A DNA stretch of 64,000 nucleotides from Mobula hypostoma. Its lineage: Eukaryota. Each line of letters opens with the position of its first letter. The stretch's first letter is position 1. The notes under the pieces are model-generated. The model ran no database searches. It was not told the DNA's origin and was given only the letters and a program-made list of their open reading frames with translations. The stretch covers positions 25,606,001 through 25,670,000 of the forward strand of contig NC_086106.1 in NCBI RefSeq assembly GCF_963921235.1. Direction: 5' to 3'. The translations under genes and the position numbers were made by a program. This document shows positions 1-12,522 of the stretch, piece by piece.

Positions 1-1475
1 ATTGAAACAAGGTGGGCATTCGTTTCGCTGTCCCCTGGTACATCTGACAACAAATATATAATATACATAATCCTGTTTGATGTAACTGTGAGCGTCTGCA
101 AAGTGAAGGAATATATCAGGCTGTCCTTCATTAGTTCATTGAACATGGGTTGTGCAGGAAAGTGGCGGTGGTGCTGGACTGCAGAGCGCCTATCATGACA
201 GCCTGGCGATATCTGGTGTCATGTCCCAGAGATTAGGTTTGATTCCGACCTTCCGGTGTGTCAGCGGATACTTAAGTGCTCAGCTTCCGCAATTCCCGAG
301 TTGCTATGTTTTCCACTGCCCGAAAAAGACGCTGTGGGTTGCACGTGCTTGTGATCGGAGGATCAGTGAATACACATGTTAAGAGGGAGGAATTTACAAA
401 ATTCGACAGATAAATCAGTCGACAATAAGACCATAAGATATTGGAACAGAAGTAGGCCATTTGGCTTGTCGAGTCAGCTCCGCCATTTCAGATGAGAAGG
501 TATCCTGGTGGAATTATTCGATACACTAAACATATAATTAAAATGAGATTTTCAAAAAGTCGAAATATACCTTTGGAAACAGATGCTATCAGTTTGTGCT
601 CCTTCGGCAGTAACCGGATGTTCTCACTGTTTGTCTCTTCCATCGGTGGGAAAACACAAAATTCTAAAAGCAAGTTCCCATGAAACAAAAATAGACTATT
701 CCCACTTGCAAGAGTATCAGACTGTAGGATGAAATTGAATCTTAATCTTGGTATGACCTTGCTCTTTATTTCCTGCCTGCGCTGCATTTTTAGACGTCTG
801 TTACAGTTTCTTTTTGTATCCTTATATTGTTTTACTTTGTACTGTCTCGATAAGCTGTGTAGTGAATTCATCGGTATAAACAGAATCAATGCAATAATGC
901 GACAATAATAAACACATTCCGTTTTCAATTTAGACATGTAGCAAAATGCTACAGGTGGTGATAACATCGAAACTGTTTAATCTGATTGGGAAACCAGATT
1001 ATACAAGCAATCAATCTGTTGTGATCCCACCCCGCTCTCTTCCTTCGCTCTATTTTATACTGAAAATGCCTTCAAAACATGAATCTCTTGATAGTATGCG
1101 GTCACGTATATGCACTTTAATCATAAATTTAATTCAAACATTGAACCTTTTTCTTAGAGCTTGGGAATGCAACGACCAATAATAGTATCTGCATTCTCCA
1201 ACACGCTAAGCATCCGCAGGTTCCGCCGACTTATCTAAATACTCAGTATAAATCATAAGTAGCTGCTGCAACATCCTTAATTTCAGTAGCATGCCACTTG
1301 CAATTATTTGTCAATTCGAAAACGACCAATTTTCACATCCTCTGTTTTCCTTTAGTCAGCCATTGTGCCATTTAAATATATCCCGGTTCCACTCCGTCCT
1401 CATTATTTCACACTGCAGGTACTTGAACAAAGTGGCCAAAGACGATGTCAAACAAGGCTGTCAATCGTGATATGC

Positions 1476-4400
1476 TACTACTACTACTACGTAGACTCAG
1501 GCCTAGGGAGCCTGCGTCGGGCACGATGACGGACTCTCCACTTCTCCCTCTCCCTCATCAGTGTGTTCAGTTCACCTACATTAGCCGCGCCGCTGTCTTC
1601 TAGGAGCGTGTTGACCATAGTCTCCTGAGAGCACCCAGGGTTCAACCACCCGTGCTTGGGCTCCCATATGATGACTAGGCTGGCAGGTAGCACGGGGTGG
1701 CGGAGACAGTGCCCCGCTAGTTGCAGTCTTCTCGCCTCGATTTTAGGAGAGAGCATCGGTAGGTTGTTGTAGAGCTCAACGTTCGTCATGTGCTGTTGCC
1801 AACTCACATCAACAGCCATCCGCAGCATTCGTGTATAACAACCATCTGGAGACTTCCGCATCGTCTTGGTGAGTGTCCACGTGTCGCATCCGTACGTGAG
1901 AATGGACTCTATGACTACTATTAACATCCTTTTTTTAGCCCTCTGGTCACCTTCGGTTTCCAGATTTGCTTCATGTCGTTCGTAGCCCTCCGCGCCAGCG
2001 CCTTCCGTATCTTAATTCCTTCTCCGGACTCATCATTCTTGACCCGAGGTACTTGTAGTCAAAGACTTTCTTAATGTTATCATTCTCTACCTGTCATGAG
2101 AGTACCTTTGTCGCAGTTAAAAGCCATGTACTCCGTCTTTTCAGCGTTTAGGTGAAGTCCAACTTTATTGTTTTCTCTTTCCACTTTTGTCAGTAGCTGT
2201 AGTGCTTCCTCCATCTGGTCGGAGAGCAGGAGTATGTCATCTGCAAAATCGAGATCTGTGAGTGTAACTGGTTCGCCCTGGTTTTATGGTAAAACAAAGC
2301 TTGTCATGATCTTTGGAAGCTTGACGCAGAGCGTAATCAAGGACGATTATAAAAATGTAGAGTGTCTCCTTGCAGCACACCAGCTAGGAGCCTGAACACT
2401 GCTGTTTTTCCGTCTGGTGCGACAACTTTTGCCATGTATTTGGTATAGCTGGACTCTATTGCTCTCGGTAGATGGTCTGGCACTCCGTAAGCTATCAGGA
2501 TCTTCAGCATTTTACTTTGCTGAATGGAGTCAAAAGCTTTGCGAAAATCGATATAAGTAAGCACGGCTGGTAGGTTGTTGTTCTTGACTTCCTCGATGAT
2601 CCTACGGAGAGCAAGTATATGCATTACTGTTGTGCGCTTCTGCCGAAAACCAATCTAATTGAATCTTAGCTTAGGGTCATTGGCGGTGCGAAACCTGTTC
2701 AAGTTCATCCAATTGAGTTATATGTCTTTGTGAGGGATCCAGACTTGGGGGCTGGGATAATGGTTGAGAGTGACCACCGTTCTGGTGTGTCGCCTTTCAT
2801 CAATGCCGTACTACATATGTCCAGCACGATGTCGCCCAGGTCGCAGTTCTTCAGGACATCTGGTGGTATTCCATCTGGTCCAACGCTCCTGCCCTGTTTG
2901 AGTGCCTATTTGGCCTTCTTCAGTTCCTCAATGGTGAATGGGCCGTCATTGATGTCGACTTGCGTTGGTATCATAGGTACGTCCTCTTCTTCTTCCGTGA
3001 TCGTTGGAGGGCTTCCCAGCAGGTTCTGAAAGTGGGTAAACCATGTCAGGACACGGTCGTCTGCTGTTTTACCACTCATTTGACCTCATGGGCACTTCTT
3101 CCGTTTACTGATCTCATTGCCCAGGCGCCATGCTTGAGTGCATATTTGGCCTTCTTCAGTTCCTCAATGGTGATTGGGCCGTCATCGATGTCGACTTGTG
3201 TTAGCATCGTGGATATGTCATCTTCTTCTTCCGGGATATTTGGAAGGCTTCCCAGAAGGTTGTTAAAGCTTGTAAACCATGTCAGGACACGGTCCTCTGC
3301 TGTTTTACCAATTATCTGACCTAATGGGCACTTGTTGCGTCTACTGATCTCATTCACTAGGTGCCAGCTTCTATTTCTCTGATCCTCTCAGCTAGTTCCT
3401 CTTCCTTCAGTCGGTCGTATGTGGCAAATAGATTCTCCTTTGCTGCCTTGAACTTGTCTCTTAACTCTTCTGTTTCGCTTCTTCTAAGTTCGGCACGACA
3501 AGCAGTGACGACACTTCAAGCTGACACGATGTCAGGATGTTTTGAGATCCGTCTCTTCTTCATTCGCTTCACAGTAGACAAACTCGTTGTTGCATCTGTG
3601 TGTGCGTCTATGAGCCGTTGATAGCGGTCGGTGGCAGTCTCTTCCTCTCCGCTTTCCAGTGGGCCGAAGCGATTTCTCACCTCCACTGTGTACTGAGTTT
3701 GAAGAACAGGTTGTGAGGAGAATGCCTTCCCGTCTATCTTCTCCTTGGGACCTGTGGCTTTGGGTTGCCGCGGGCTTAGTCTCACTTACATTGACACTAC
3801 TCTGTGATCAGAACTGACCGAGTTGAAGATGCCGTAGGCTACTGTGTTGATCACACAATTACGCCATTTTGTTCTTACGAAGAAGTAATCAAGCTGCTTC
3901 CTGTAGATAGAGGCTCTGTTTTCATACGTCCACAGTTTACCAGCTCGCTCCTGAATTGTGTGTTGGCGACAATGAGACTGTGTTCCTGGATCAAATCAAC
4001 TAGATATTAACAATTTCCGTTGTTAAAGTCTTGGTATGAGTATGGAATATCTTCCAGTCCGACCTGGGCATTAAAGTCGCCGAGCACAGCCAGGCATTTA
4101 TGTGCCGGTATTGAAGTGACAGCCTTGTGAAGTTTACTGTGGAAGGCCTCCACCTCCTTCTCCTCGCTGCAGTTGGGTGGGGCGTAACGGATGATGACAG
4201 AGGTCGCCGGGTTTCTGTAAAATTCCGCAGTAAGGATTCTGTGACTGACTGAGACTACGCCCCTCAGTGCCTCCTTCGCCTTACAGTTCAACATCAGCCC
4301 TACTCCACATTGTGCAGACATCGTCGTCGGCTCTCTCCACGCAGACGAGGTCATGAGGTGCGTCCCCTCTACCTCTATGAACCTTATCTCTTCGTCAGGG

Positions 4401-4968
4401 TGTACATGACAGTGTTCTTAGATCCCCAGGATGGAGATCTCATATCTGCTTGCCTGTAAAGCCAACTATGTGCATCGAGGCAAGAGGTGGATGTGGTTTA
4501 AGATGAAGGTTGAGAAGATCGTTTTTACCTTACAACGCAAAAGAGGCGCAGTTCGCTCGGCCCCCTTGTCGGACTCAACCCTCCCCATGGTGTTTGAGCT
4601 TGGGTCTTCATAGTGTCTGTCTAGGCCAGGTTCTGGGCGTTCCGCAGAGTTCCTGAGCACTCCCGGCTCTGGAAGTATAGGGTTTGTTGGGTTGTCTGTC
4701 ATCATAATGCCTTACCAGGCTCTTAATGAAAGATTGTGTGGCGCGCCACTCCTCACACAGACAGTAGGTGGCCGTTGACTCACAAAGAGTTCATCCGCCC
4801 TTTGACAGGTTTTGGTTTTAGTCCTTTTGGGTGCCTACACACTCTCCTCCCTGGTTAACAGAAGTGCACCAGGGGCTGTGCCGGCTGAGTCGCCGATCAC
4901 CCGACCCGAGGCAGGTAGTACTGAGCTACGCGGTACCAGTATCAAGGGAACGCCCTGACCTGACCTTA
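1476..4968 (-). mobile_element. RTE-clade non-LTR retrotransposon, near full length, degenerate (AP endonuclease + RT)
   Basis: Minus-strand ORF pieces: endonuclease (VLGDFNAQVG, 4007-4354), RT (IDFRKAFDSI...GVLQGDTL, 2337-2624) and C-terminus (LTYGCDTWTL, 1487-1927). The 3' tail is (GTA)n at about 1475-1490. Candidate TSD tgatat at 1468-1473 and 4969-4974. The V-flank cassette resumes on both sides. Confidence 0.85.
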
Positions 4969-5173
4969 TGATATTCCGTTTCAGCAAAAGATGGTGGGTG
5001 ATTGTACATTTCGGTATCCCAGAAAGTTATAAAGCTCGGTTTGTGTCCGCTTTGTAATCAGAAACTGCACCTTCAGCTTCGGCGCCTTCTGCTGCTGAAT
5101 GCAGTGGTCTGAAGTAGGGCACGTGACTGTGACTGATTTCCGGGCGCGCCTTCTGCAGATTCCTCGGAAAAAG

Positions 5174-5187
5174 GCGCCCTCCAGTGA
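5174..5187 (-). promoter_or_regulatory. CTCF-like motif 3' of the V1 RSS
   Basis: TCACTGGAGGGCGC, 12/14 match to CCASYAGRKGGCGC, 24 bp past the nonamer. Confidence 0.6.
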
Positions 5188-5211
5188 GACCTTTTTGCAA
5201 TATACAGAATC

Positions 5212-5250
5212 AGTTTTTGCACGGACCCGCCGTCCCCATATAACAATGTG
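5212..5250 (-). other. Recombination signal sequence (23-RSS) of V1
   Basis: CACATTG + 23 nt + GCAAAAACT. Confidence 0.9.
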
Positions 5251-5673
5251 GAACTCATTGCACAGAGATACATGGCAGAGTCCGACACAAGAGCTTCACG
5301 GATATTCAATTGAGACGTCTTGCTGCCTTTCTCTAAAGTAGCGGTAATCCTCTCTGAATACTGCTGCGTTCCTCCTGTGCTATATAACTTCAGCAAATAA
5401 TTTGGAGGTCCTCCACTATGTTGAGTGTACCAAAAGATATATGCACTAGCATCGGTGTAACTACAGTTCAGTGTTATGTTCTGTCCTTCCTCAGTCGTTA
5501 CATCGGGAGGATCCTGCGTCACTGAATATTGCCCACTCGTTCCTGCAAGAAAGGACAAAATACATCAACAACACTGGCTTGTATAGAATGCCGGACAAAC
5601 TCGCTAGCCAGCTTCGCTGAGACTCACCAGGCAGCAGAGCCAGTACAATCAGCAATGAACAGAGGGAAATCAT
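5251..5673 (-). CDS. TRAV: TCR alpha/delta-type V gene segment V1 (leader 5628-5673, V exon 5251-5542), apparently functional
   Basis: Leader MISLCSLLIVLALLP/G, GT..AG intron of 85 bp, in-frame V exon with Cys23 (LNC), Trp41 (IFWY) and YLCAMS end, followed by a 23-RSS. Alpha versus delta cannot be resolved without J/C. Confidence 0.9.
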
Positions 5674-5739
5674 GCTGTCTAATTTCTGGCTGAATCGAAC
5701 GGCAGATTCCTTCCAGGGCGTTATGATCACAACAGATAT

Positions 5740-5876
5740 TGTGGTAGGAGATATTTTCAGCGATACCTTACACCTTGTGTAAAACCGGAGGTGTTTCTCT
5801 GGTTAAAAGATTGGCTGACAGAAAGAAACGAGCCTTCCTTAGCACCAATCAGAATCTGTTTTGTATCCATTCGTCA
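5740..5876 (-). promoter_or_regulatory. V1 promoter: RUNX-type site, two opposed CCAAT boxes, CRE half-site
   Basis: Plus-strand TGTGGT 5740-5745, ATTGG 5810-5814, CCAAT 5845-5849 and CGTCA 5872-5876. The block is conserved upstream of the other family-1 V genes. Confidence 0.6.
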
Positions 5877-5909
5877 TTCAACCTGTTTCTCAGCTCTTAC
5901 AATGTCCGG

Positions 5910-6057
5910 NNNNNNNNNNNNNNNNNNNNNNNNNNNNNNNNNNNNNNNNNNNNNNNNNNNNNNNNNNNNNNNNNNNNNNNNNNNNNNNNNNNNNNNNNNN
6001 NNNNNNNNNNNNNNNNNNNNNNNNNNNNNNNNNNNNNNNNNNNNNNNNNNNNNNNNN
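5910..6057. other. Assembly gap (N run); others at 11754-11892, 18148-18322, 23790-23954, 27784-27949
   Basis: Runs of N, mostly where paralogous cassettes have CT/GA-rich tracts. Confidence 0.99.
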
Positions 6058-6894
6058 CGCGCGCGCTCGTCCCCGCTCTCCCTAGTCAATTTCCCTGCTG
6101 CCACATTTTTCCTCGACTCCTGTCCTTTTGCTCTGTTTCTTTTTTCTCTGATCCCTACTGTCTAATCTACCTCTCTTTGTCTCAATCCATCACTTTTGCT
6201 TCCGCAATTCCTCGTCATCCTCCTAATCGTTTCCTTCCGTTTTTCTCACTCACTGACTCTTTCAAGTGGATGTGAAGATATTTGTTTTATCATTCCTTTG
6301 TACCACCTCGATAAGCTGTTCAAAGATTTGATCTCTTAAATTCCAGTCAATGCAATCATCCGACAGGAATAAACAAACATATCCAGCAAAATGCTGGTGA
6401 TAACATAAGATCCGTTAAATCTGTTTGGGAAACCAGATTATACAAGCTATCACTCTGTTGTGCTCCCATTCCCTCTCTCCCTCTCTCGCTCTCTTTTCTA
6501 CTGAAAAAGGCTTCATAATATAAGTTTAAGGGTGGTGTGCAGTCAAGTTTATGTACTTTAATCAGAAAGTTACTTTGAATATTGAACCTCTTTCGCTATC
6601 ACGCGAAACATTGGCAGGTTCTGTCGCATTATGTAAAAACTCAGTATAAATCAACGTAGCTGTTGCAACATCTTTAATGTCAGTAGCGTGCCACTTTGCA
6701 GTTCTTTGTCAATCCGAAGACCACCATTTTTCCCAACTGTGCTTTCCGTTCATCAGCAATTGCCCTATTTAAATATATCCTACTACCAATCCATTCTCAA
6801 TATTTCTCAGTCCATGGGTAATTTCTAGGTGCGCCCCTTCCAGATTCCCGGAAAAGACCCCCTCCAGTGAGAGTTTTTTTTACATTATACAGAA

Positions 6895-7327
6895 CCATTT
6901 TATATAGATAAAGATATATGCCAGTATTCGACACAACAGCTTCAAGAAAATTGAATTAGGCCGTCTAGTTGTCCTTCTGCAACTAGCGGTAAATCTCACT
7001 GGGCAATCTAGATGTCGCTGCATTATTGCTATGCCCTATAATTTCAGCGAATAATTTGGAGATTCTCCACAATGTTGAACGTACGAAAAGATAGTTGCAT
7101 CAGCTTAAATGTAATTACATTTTAGTGTTATGGTCTGTCCTCTCTCAGCCCTTACGTAGGGAGGATCCTACGTCACTGAATCTTTCCTGCGCGTTCTTGA
7201 AATATAAGACGCAGTAAATAAACATCGCTGTTTTCTTGTGACCGCATGGGAAATTCGGTGGCCACCTTCGCAGAGACTCAGCAGGCAGCACAGCCAATCC
7301 AATCCGTAACGAACAGAGGGAAGGCAT
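6895..7327 (-). pseudogene. V pseudogene psiV2 (family 1, RSS-deleted type)
   Basis: Donor GT changed to CT, in-frame TAG at 7168-7170 (Gln of VTQ), and Cys104, heptamer and spacer deleted. Confidence 0.85.
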
Positions 7328-8790
7328 GCTGTCTATTTTCTGACTGGATCCAACGACAGATTCCTCCCAGGACGTAATTATCACTGAACAGATATTGTGG
7401 TGTGAGGTCGTTTCACTGATAGCTTCCACCTTGTGTAAGAGCAGGGACGTTTCCCTGCTTTTTGCATTCGCTGACACAAAGAACCGAAATCTTTCTGAGC
7501 AACACTCAGACTCTGCTTCATTTCTATTCGTCTTCTACTCGTTTCTCCGTTCTTTGAAAATTGCACGAGAACCTCTCACTCTCTCCCTCCCCTTTCTCTC
7601 TTTCTCTCTCTCCCTCTATTTCTTTCTCTCTATCCCCCTCTCTCCCCCCCCTCTCTCTCTCTCCCTCTGCTACCTCTCTGTCTTTCACTCTCTCCCATGC
7701 TGCTTTGGGTTTTTTGTACAGTTTTGAGGATGTCTGTGCAGGGTTTTGACTTTCGGGATGTATATTGTGCACATTCTCTGATTTTAATGGGAAACATTGA
7801 CGCATGCTGGGTAGGTTTTTCGTTGTACCCTGGCACACCAGAGAGAAAATAAAAGAAAGAAAAATATAATGAACATTAACCAGTTTGGGGTCAGTGTGAG
7901 GGTCTGCAAAGTGATGGAATATATCAGGCTGTCCTACAGCTCATAGAATAACGTTTGAGAGGGAAAAAAAGAGGTGAATGACTGCAGGGTACCCATCTTG
8001 CAGTGTGCTGATATCTGGTGTCATGTAACCAGGGATCCAGTGCGATTCCGACATTCGATTCGATCAGCAGATACCTATGTGCTCAGGTTGCACGTTTCCC
8101 GCGATATCATGTTTTCAAGGGCCCGTAAAAGATGCTCTGGGTAGCATTCTCCTGATCGAATGATCACTGAGGTACGTGTTAAGAGGAATTTGCGAAAATT
8201 GGAGAGGTAAATCTGTTAACCATGAGACGACAAGATAGAAGTTGAGAATTCGGCCATTTTTTCCGATCGAGTCTGCTCCGCCAGTTCAGATGAAACAGTG
8301 TGGTGATGGAATTTTTCGCACCGCTCATTAAAGTGAGAGTTTCAGAAGATCGAAACCTAGCTTTGGAAACAGATGCAATCAATTTTTGTTCCTTCGACAA
8401 TAATCGGTCGTTCCCTTTGTTTGTCTGAGGGAAAACATTGAAAGCTAAATGCACGTTCCAGTGTGCACAAGTATACATTCTACCCGGTTGTAAGAATATT
8501 GACCTATAGCATGAAATTGAATCTCAATCCCAATCCACCTCGGTATGAACTTCTTCCTGATTCCTGGCTGCACTGTATTTTTAGACGTTTGTTACACTTT
8601 ATTGTAGTATTCTTTTATTGTTTTACTTTGTACTACTGCGATAAGCAGTGAAGTGAATTCATCTGTAATAACCAAATTGATGCAGTCATGCGACAATAGT
8701 AAACACATTCCGTTTGCAATGTAGATATATATACCAAAATGCCCCGATTACATCGGATCAATTAAATCTGGTTGGGGAACCAGATTATAC

Positions 8791-10160
8791 TCTCATGGTC
8801 TGGGCCGTGAATTTCGCATTCCGGTTCACGGTCCGGTCCGTGGACTCAGGACTCCGGGTCTTCCAGCTGTCCCTCGTTTGGTTGAGTTTTCATAGGCACC
8901 TGATTCCCATATTTGGGCTTAAAATATAAGTATCCCTGGGGTTGAGTGTGGGCTGCTGGTTTGTCTTGTGAGACGCCTTGGAGCAACCTGCTGATGGAAG
9001 GCTAGACAAACCATTTGAGATCTTTAGGCCTGGTTGGAGGATCACCGCTTCATGGAGCCTTGTTGCCACTCGTTGGAGTATTCTTTGCAGTATGGATTCG
9101 GCTGTTTCCCGGGCCAGCTGAGTAGCCGTCACACTCCGAGCTCGGTAGGGATCCGGCTGTTTCTGTAGCCGGCGGTGGTTTCTGGGTGTAACGGCGAGTC
9201 CGAGCAACCCCGAAGCAGAGATGGGACTGTCTGTCTTTCTTCATTGTTTCTCTCTTCTTGTGTTCGCCTCCGTGGGATAAGTTAGGCTGTTCTGCCGTTG
9301 CCCTGCGGAGGGTCATGTCTTGTCTTGTCTTGTCCTCGCTTCCGTGGGGTAAGTCAGGCCCTTTGGCCATTGCCCTGCGGGTGCACATGTCTGGTCTTCG
9401 CCTCTGTTGGGTAAGTCCAGTCGTTCTGTCGTTACCCGACATATGTGCCTGTCACACCTTGGTGAGGAGAGGTTGTGTCCCGGCTTGTCTAAGTCCAGGC
9501 TCAATATCTGTGTACTGTCCTGCACCTTGTTGGTGTCGTGTAACAATGAGTCCCGGCTTTCCGAAGGACAAGTTCCGGCTCTATGTTGTTGTTCAGTTCC
9601 CAGTCAGTCTCTCAGCTCCAGCCTCCGAGTTATAAGCCTCCGCATTTCAATACGAAGATCCCGCAGCCAAGCTCCTAGAACCCAGGCCTCGACGATCCCA
9701 AGCCAAGCTCCAAGAATCCAAGCCTTGAGGATCCCAAGCCAAGCTCCAAGAATACAAGACTCGAAGATCCCGCAGCCATGCCCCAAGAACCCAAGCATGG
9801 AAGATCCCTCGGTCAACCTCCAAGAACACAAGCCTGAAGACCCCAGCGTCAAGCCTCAAGACCAAGACCCCAGTCTCAAGCCTGCAGCCAAGCTCACGAC
9901 CCAAGACCCAAGCCTGCAGCCGAGCTCACGACCCAAGACCCAAGCCTGCAGCCGAGCTCACGACCCAAGAGCCCAGCCTGCAGCCGAGCTCACGACCCAA
10001 GAGCCCAGCCTCAAACCTCAAGACCAAAGACCCCAACCTGTCTCCAAGCTCAGGCCTCTAGACCCCAGCCACGTCTTGTACTGAAGCCATGTCATGTCCT
10101 TGCCTGGTTCTGTGTTTGTGTATAGGATTTCGGTCCGTTCCCAACGCCTCCATTGTGATA
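8791..10160. mobile_element. Solo LTR (1370 bp) of an LTR retrotransposon
   Basis: Degenerate TG..CA ends (tctcatg...tgtgata) and a 5-bp TSD TATAC at 8786-8790 and 10161-10165. It interrupts the conserved spacer ccagattatac|aag. Confidence 0.8.
9660..10070. repeat. Degenerate tandem repeats inside the solo LTR
   Basis: Recurrent ccaagaccc/aagcctgcagccgagctcacgac units. Confidence 0.8.
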
Positions 10161-10512
10161 TATACAAGTAATGACTCTGTTGTGGTACCATTACGTTGCT
10201 TCTTCTCTCGCTCTTTTATTCTGAAAATGCCTTCAAAATGTGAATCTCGGGGTAGTATGCGGTCGCCTATATGTATTTAATCCACAAAGTTACTTTCAAC
10301 ACTGAACCCCTTTCACACAGCACGAGAATACACCGACGGACATAGCATCTGCATTCTCTATCACGCTAAATATACGCAGGTTATGTTGGATTATCTAAAT
10401 ACACAGTAGCTGTTGTACTTTTCCTTAATTTCAGTGGGTTGTAAATTTCTGGGTTTCAGTAGCAACCCACTTGCAATTCTATGTCATTCTGGAAGACACA
10501 AATTTTGTCCCC

Positions 10513-12110
10513 CAAACACGAGAAAATCTGCAGATGCTGGTGTTACATACTTCATGGATATCTTTTGACTGTCTTATGAGGATGATGTAATGGTGTTGCG
10601 GAGGTCACATTATGTAATTTTCCCACCGATGTGAGGTCATGTTCTCACCAGGTATATAAGGGTAGACCCATGGTGACACAGTTAGTTTTTCAGTTAGATC
10701 GTCAGTCAGATACTCCACTATCCTGCGTATTCATACCATTACGTAGTTTAGTTTTAAAACGGAGTTTTACTTTCTATTGTAAGGTATGGAAGTGTTGGGC
10801 CGGCAGTATCACCAATAGCTGCCAGCTTTGTTGGTGTACCTTTTCAGTAGTATTGGAGAGTGAAGACATTACTAATGTACGGAATCTGAAGGAGACGAGT
10901 TAAGCTGATATTGTTTGGCGGTTTTAGAGAGGATCGAACTTTATTGAATCTTCGTTCAAGTAAAAGTGACCAACAACTGAGATATCCCCTCTAAATTAAG
11001 AAGGATAGTGCAGCGTCTAATTGCCGGAGGAAAAGGTCAGTTTCTTTAAACCGTTTTATTTCCATCGTCATGAATCCTGCGAACAACGCAGGTCTGGCTG
11101 GGTTCAGCAGTAACTACACGTCCTCGAGGAATTCTTTACTGCAGGAAAGTCTCTCGTAATTGACTATATAAATCTCCTGGACTTTCGAATTTACTATGCT
11201 AAGAACGGTGCTCGAATTTACCACTTTAAGAACTGTTTTCACATTTACCCTTTTAAGAACCGTTCCAGTGTTGCCGTATAGCAGTTAACTTCCGGTTAAG
11301 TCAGTTGTTTAAATACATTTCGCTATTTTTGAGCAAGGTTTGATTAACATTTGCTTGTTTTTATAAAAACTGTCTCATATCTTTATTCATTGTTGCCTGT
11401 CACGTGACACTGGAAATTCAAGCAATATGCACAAAATACTTGTGGAACGCAGCTGTTCAGGCGGCAACTGTAGGAAGAAGTACAGTCAACGCTTCGGATC
11501 GGGATCCTTCGTTAGGTCTGACGGAAAAAAAGAGACAGTAAGAGATTTGAAACTGGGAGGGGGAGGGGGAGACCGAAAATCATAGGAGAAGACAGGAGGG
11601 GAGGGATGAAGCCAAGAGCTGGGAAGTTGATTGACAAAAGGGACACAAGGCTGGAGAAGGGGGAGTATCCTGGGACGGAAGGCCGTGGAAGAAAGAAAGG
11701 GGGAGGGGAGAACGAAAGAAAGATGGAGAACAGGCAAGGAGTCATTGTGAGACNNNNNNNNNNNNNNNNNNNNNNNNNNNNNNNNNNNNNNNNNNNNNNN
11801 NNNNNNNNNNNNNNNNNNNNNNNNNNNNNNNNNNNNNNNNNNNNNNNNNNNNNNNNNNNNNNNNNNNNNNNNNNNNNNNNNNNNNNNNNNNNGAATAGGA
11901 GGAGGGGCATTAAAAGAAGTTAGGGAAATCAATCTTCATGCCATCATGTTGGAGATTACCCAGACGGAATATCAGGCTTTCTTCCTCCAACCTAAGTGTG
12001 GCTTCATCTCAGCAGTGCAGGGGCCATGGGTTGCCATATCGGAGCGGGAATGGGACGTGGAATTAAAATGTGTGGCCACTGGGAGATCCTGCTTCCTCTG
12101 GAGGGCATCC
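10513..12110 (-). mobile_element. Penelope-like element 3' fragment, split by a nested LTR
   Basis: Homologous to the end of the 36928-38740 element (aatctgcagatgctggaaattcaagcaa...; gtggccactgggagatcctgct). The hammerhead core is mutated here. Confidence 0.8.
10541..11409. mobile_element. Solo LTR (869 bp) nested in the Penelope-like fragment
   Basis: TGTTACA...GTGACA termini, 4-bp TSD CTGG at 10537-10540 and 11410-11413, TATA-like ggtatataag near 10651. Confidence 0.85.
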
Positions 12111-12445
12111 TGTGTTTTCCTTTGGTCAGCAATTGACCACCTCAAATATATCCTGGTTCCACTCCGTCCTTATTATATTTCCTTGCAAACAAACGAATAA
12201 AGTGTTCAAAGACAATCTCAGTCAAGGCTGTCCATTGTTATATGCCCTCACAGCAAAAGAAGATGGGAGAATGCACATTGCTTTATTCAGGAAATGAGTG
12301 GCAAACTTCTAGTTTGGTTGCACCTTGTAATCAGAAACTGTTCCTTTAGCTTCCGCGACTTCTGCTGCTGCTTACAGAGCTCTTAAGCAGGGCACGTGAC
12401 CATGGATGATTTCTGGGTGCACTCCTTCATGAGTCGCCTGAAAAG

Positions 12446-12459
12446 GCGCCCTCCTGTGA
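12446..12459 (-). promoter_or_regulatory. CTCF-like motif 3' of the V3 RSS
   Basis: TCACAGGAGGGCGC, 24 bp past the nonamer. Confidence 0.55.
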
Positions 12460-12483
12460 GATTTTTCTTCATAATACGGCACT

Positions 12484-12522
12484 AGTTTTTGTCCGGACCT
12501 GCTGTCTCCATACAACAGTGTG
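12484..12522 (-). other. 23-RSS of V3
   Basis: CACACTG + 23 nt + ACAAAAACT. Confidence 0.9.

Noticed and set aside
488-1182. Recurrent intergenic ORFs (e.g. LKMPSKYES, ETDAISLCS) seen in several cassettes
   Set aside because: They recur because the spacer DNA is duplicated. Frames and stops differ between copies, and no splice or domain pattern is evident.
9407-10084. 225-aa Q/P-rich ORF (and the 135-aa LG-rich ORF at 28172-28579)
   Set aside because: By-products of LTR tandem repeats; no domain signal.
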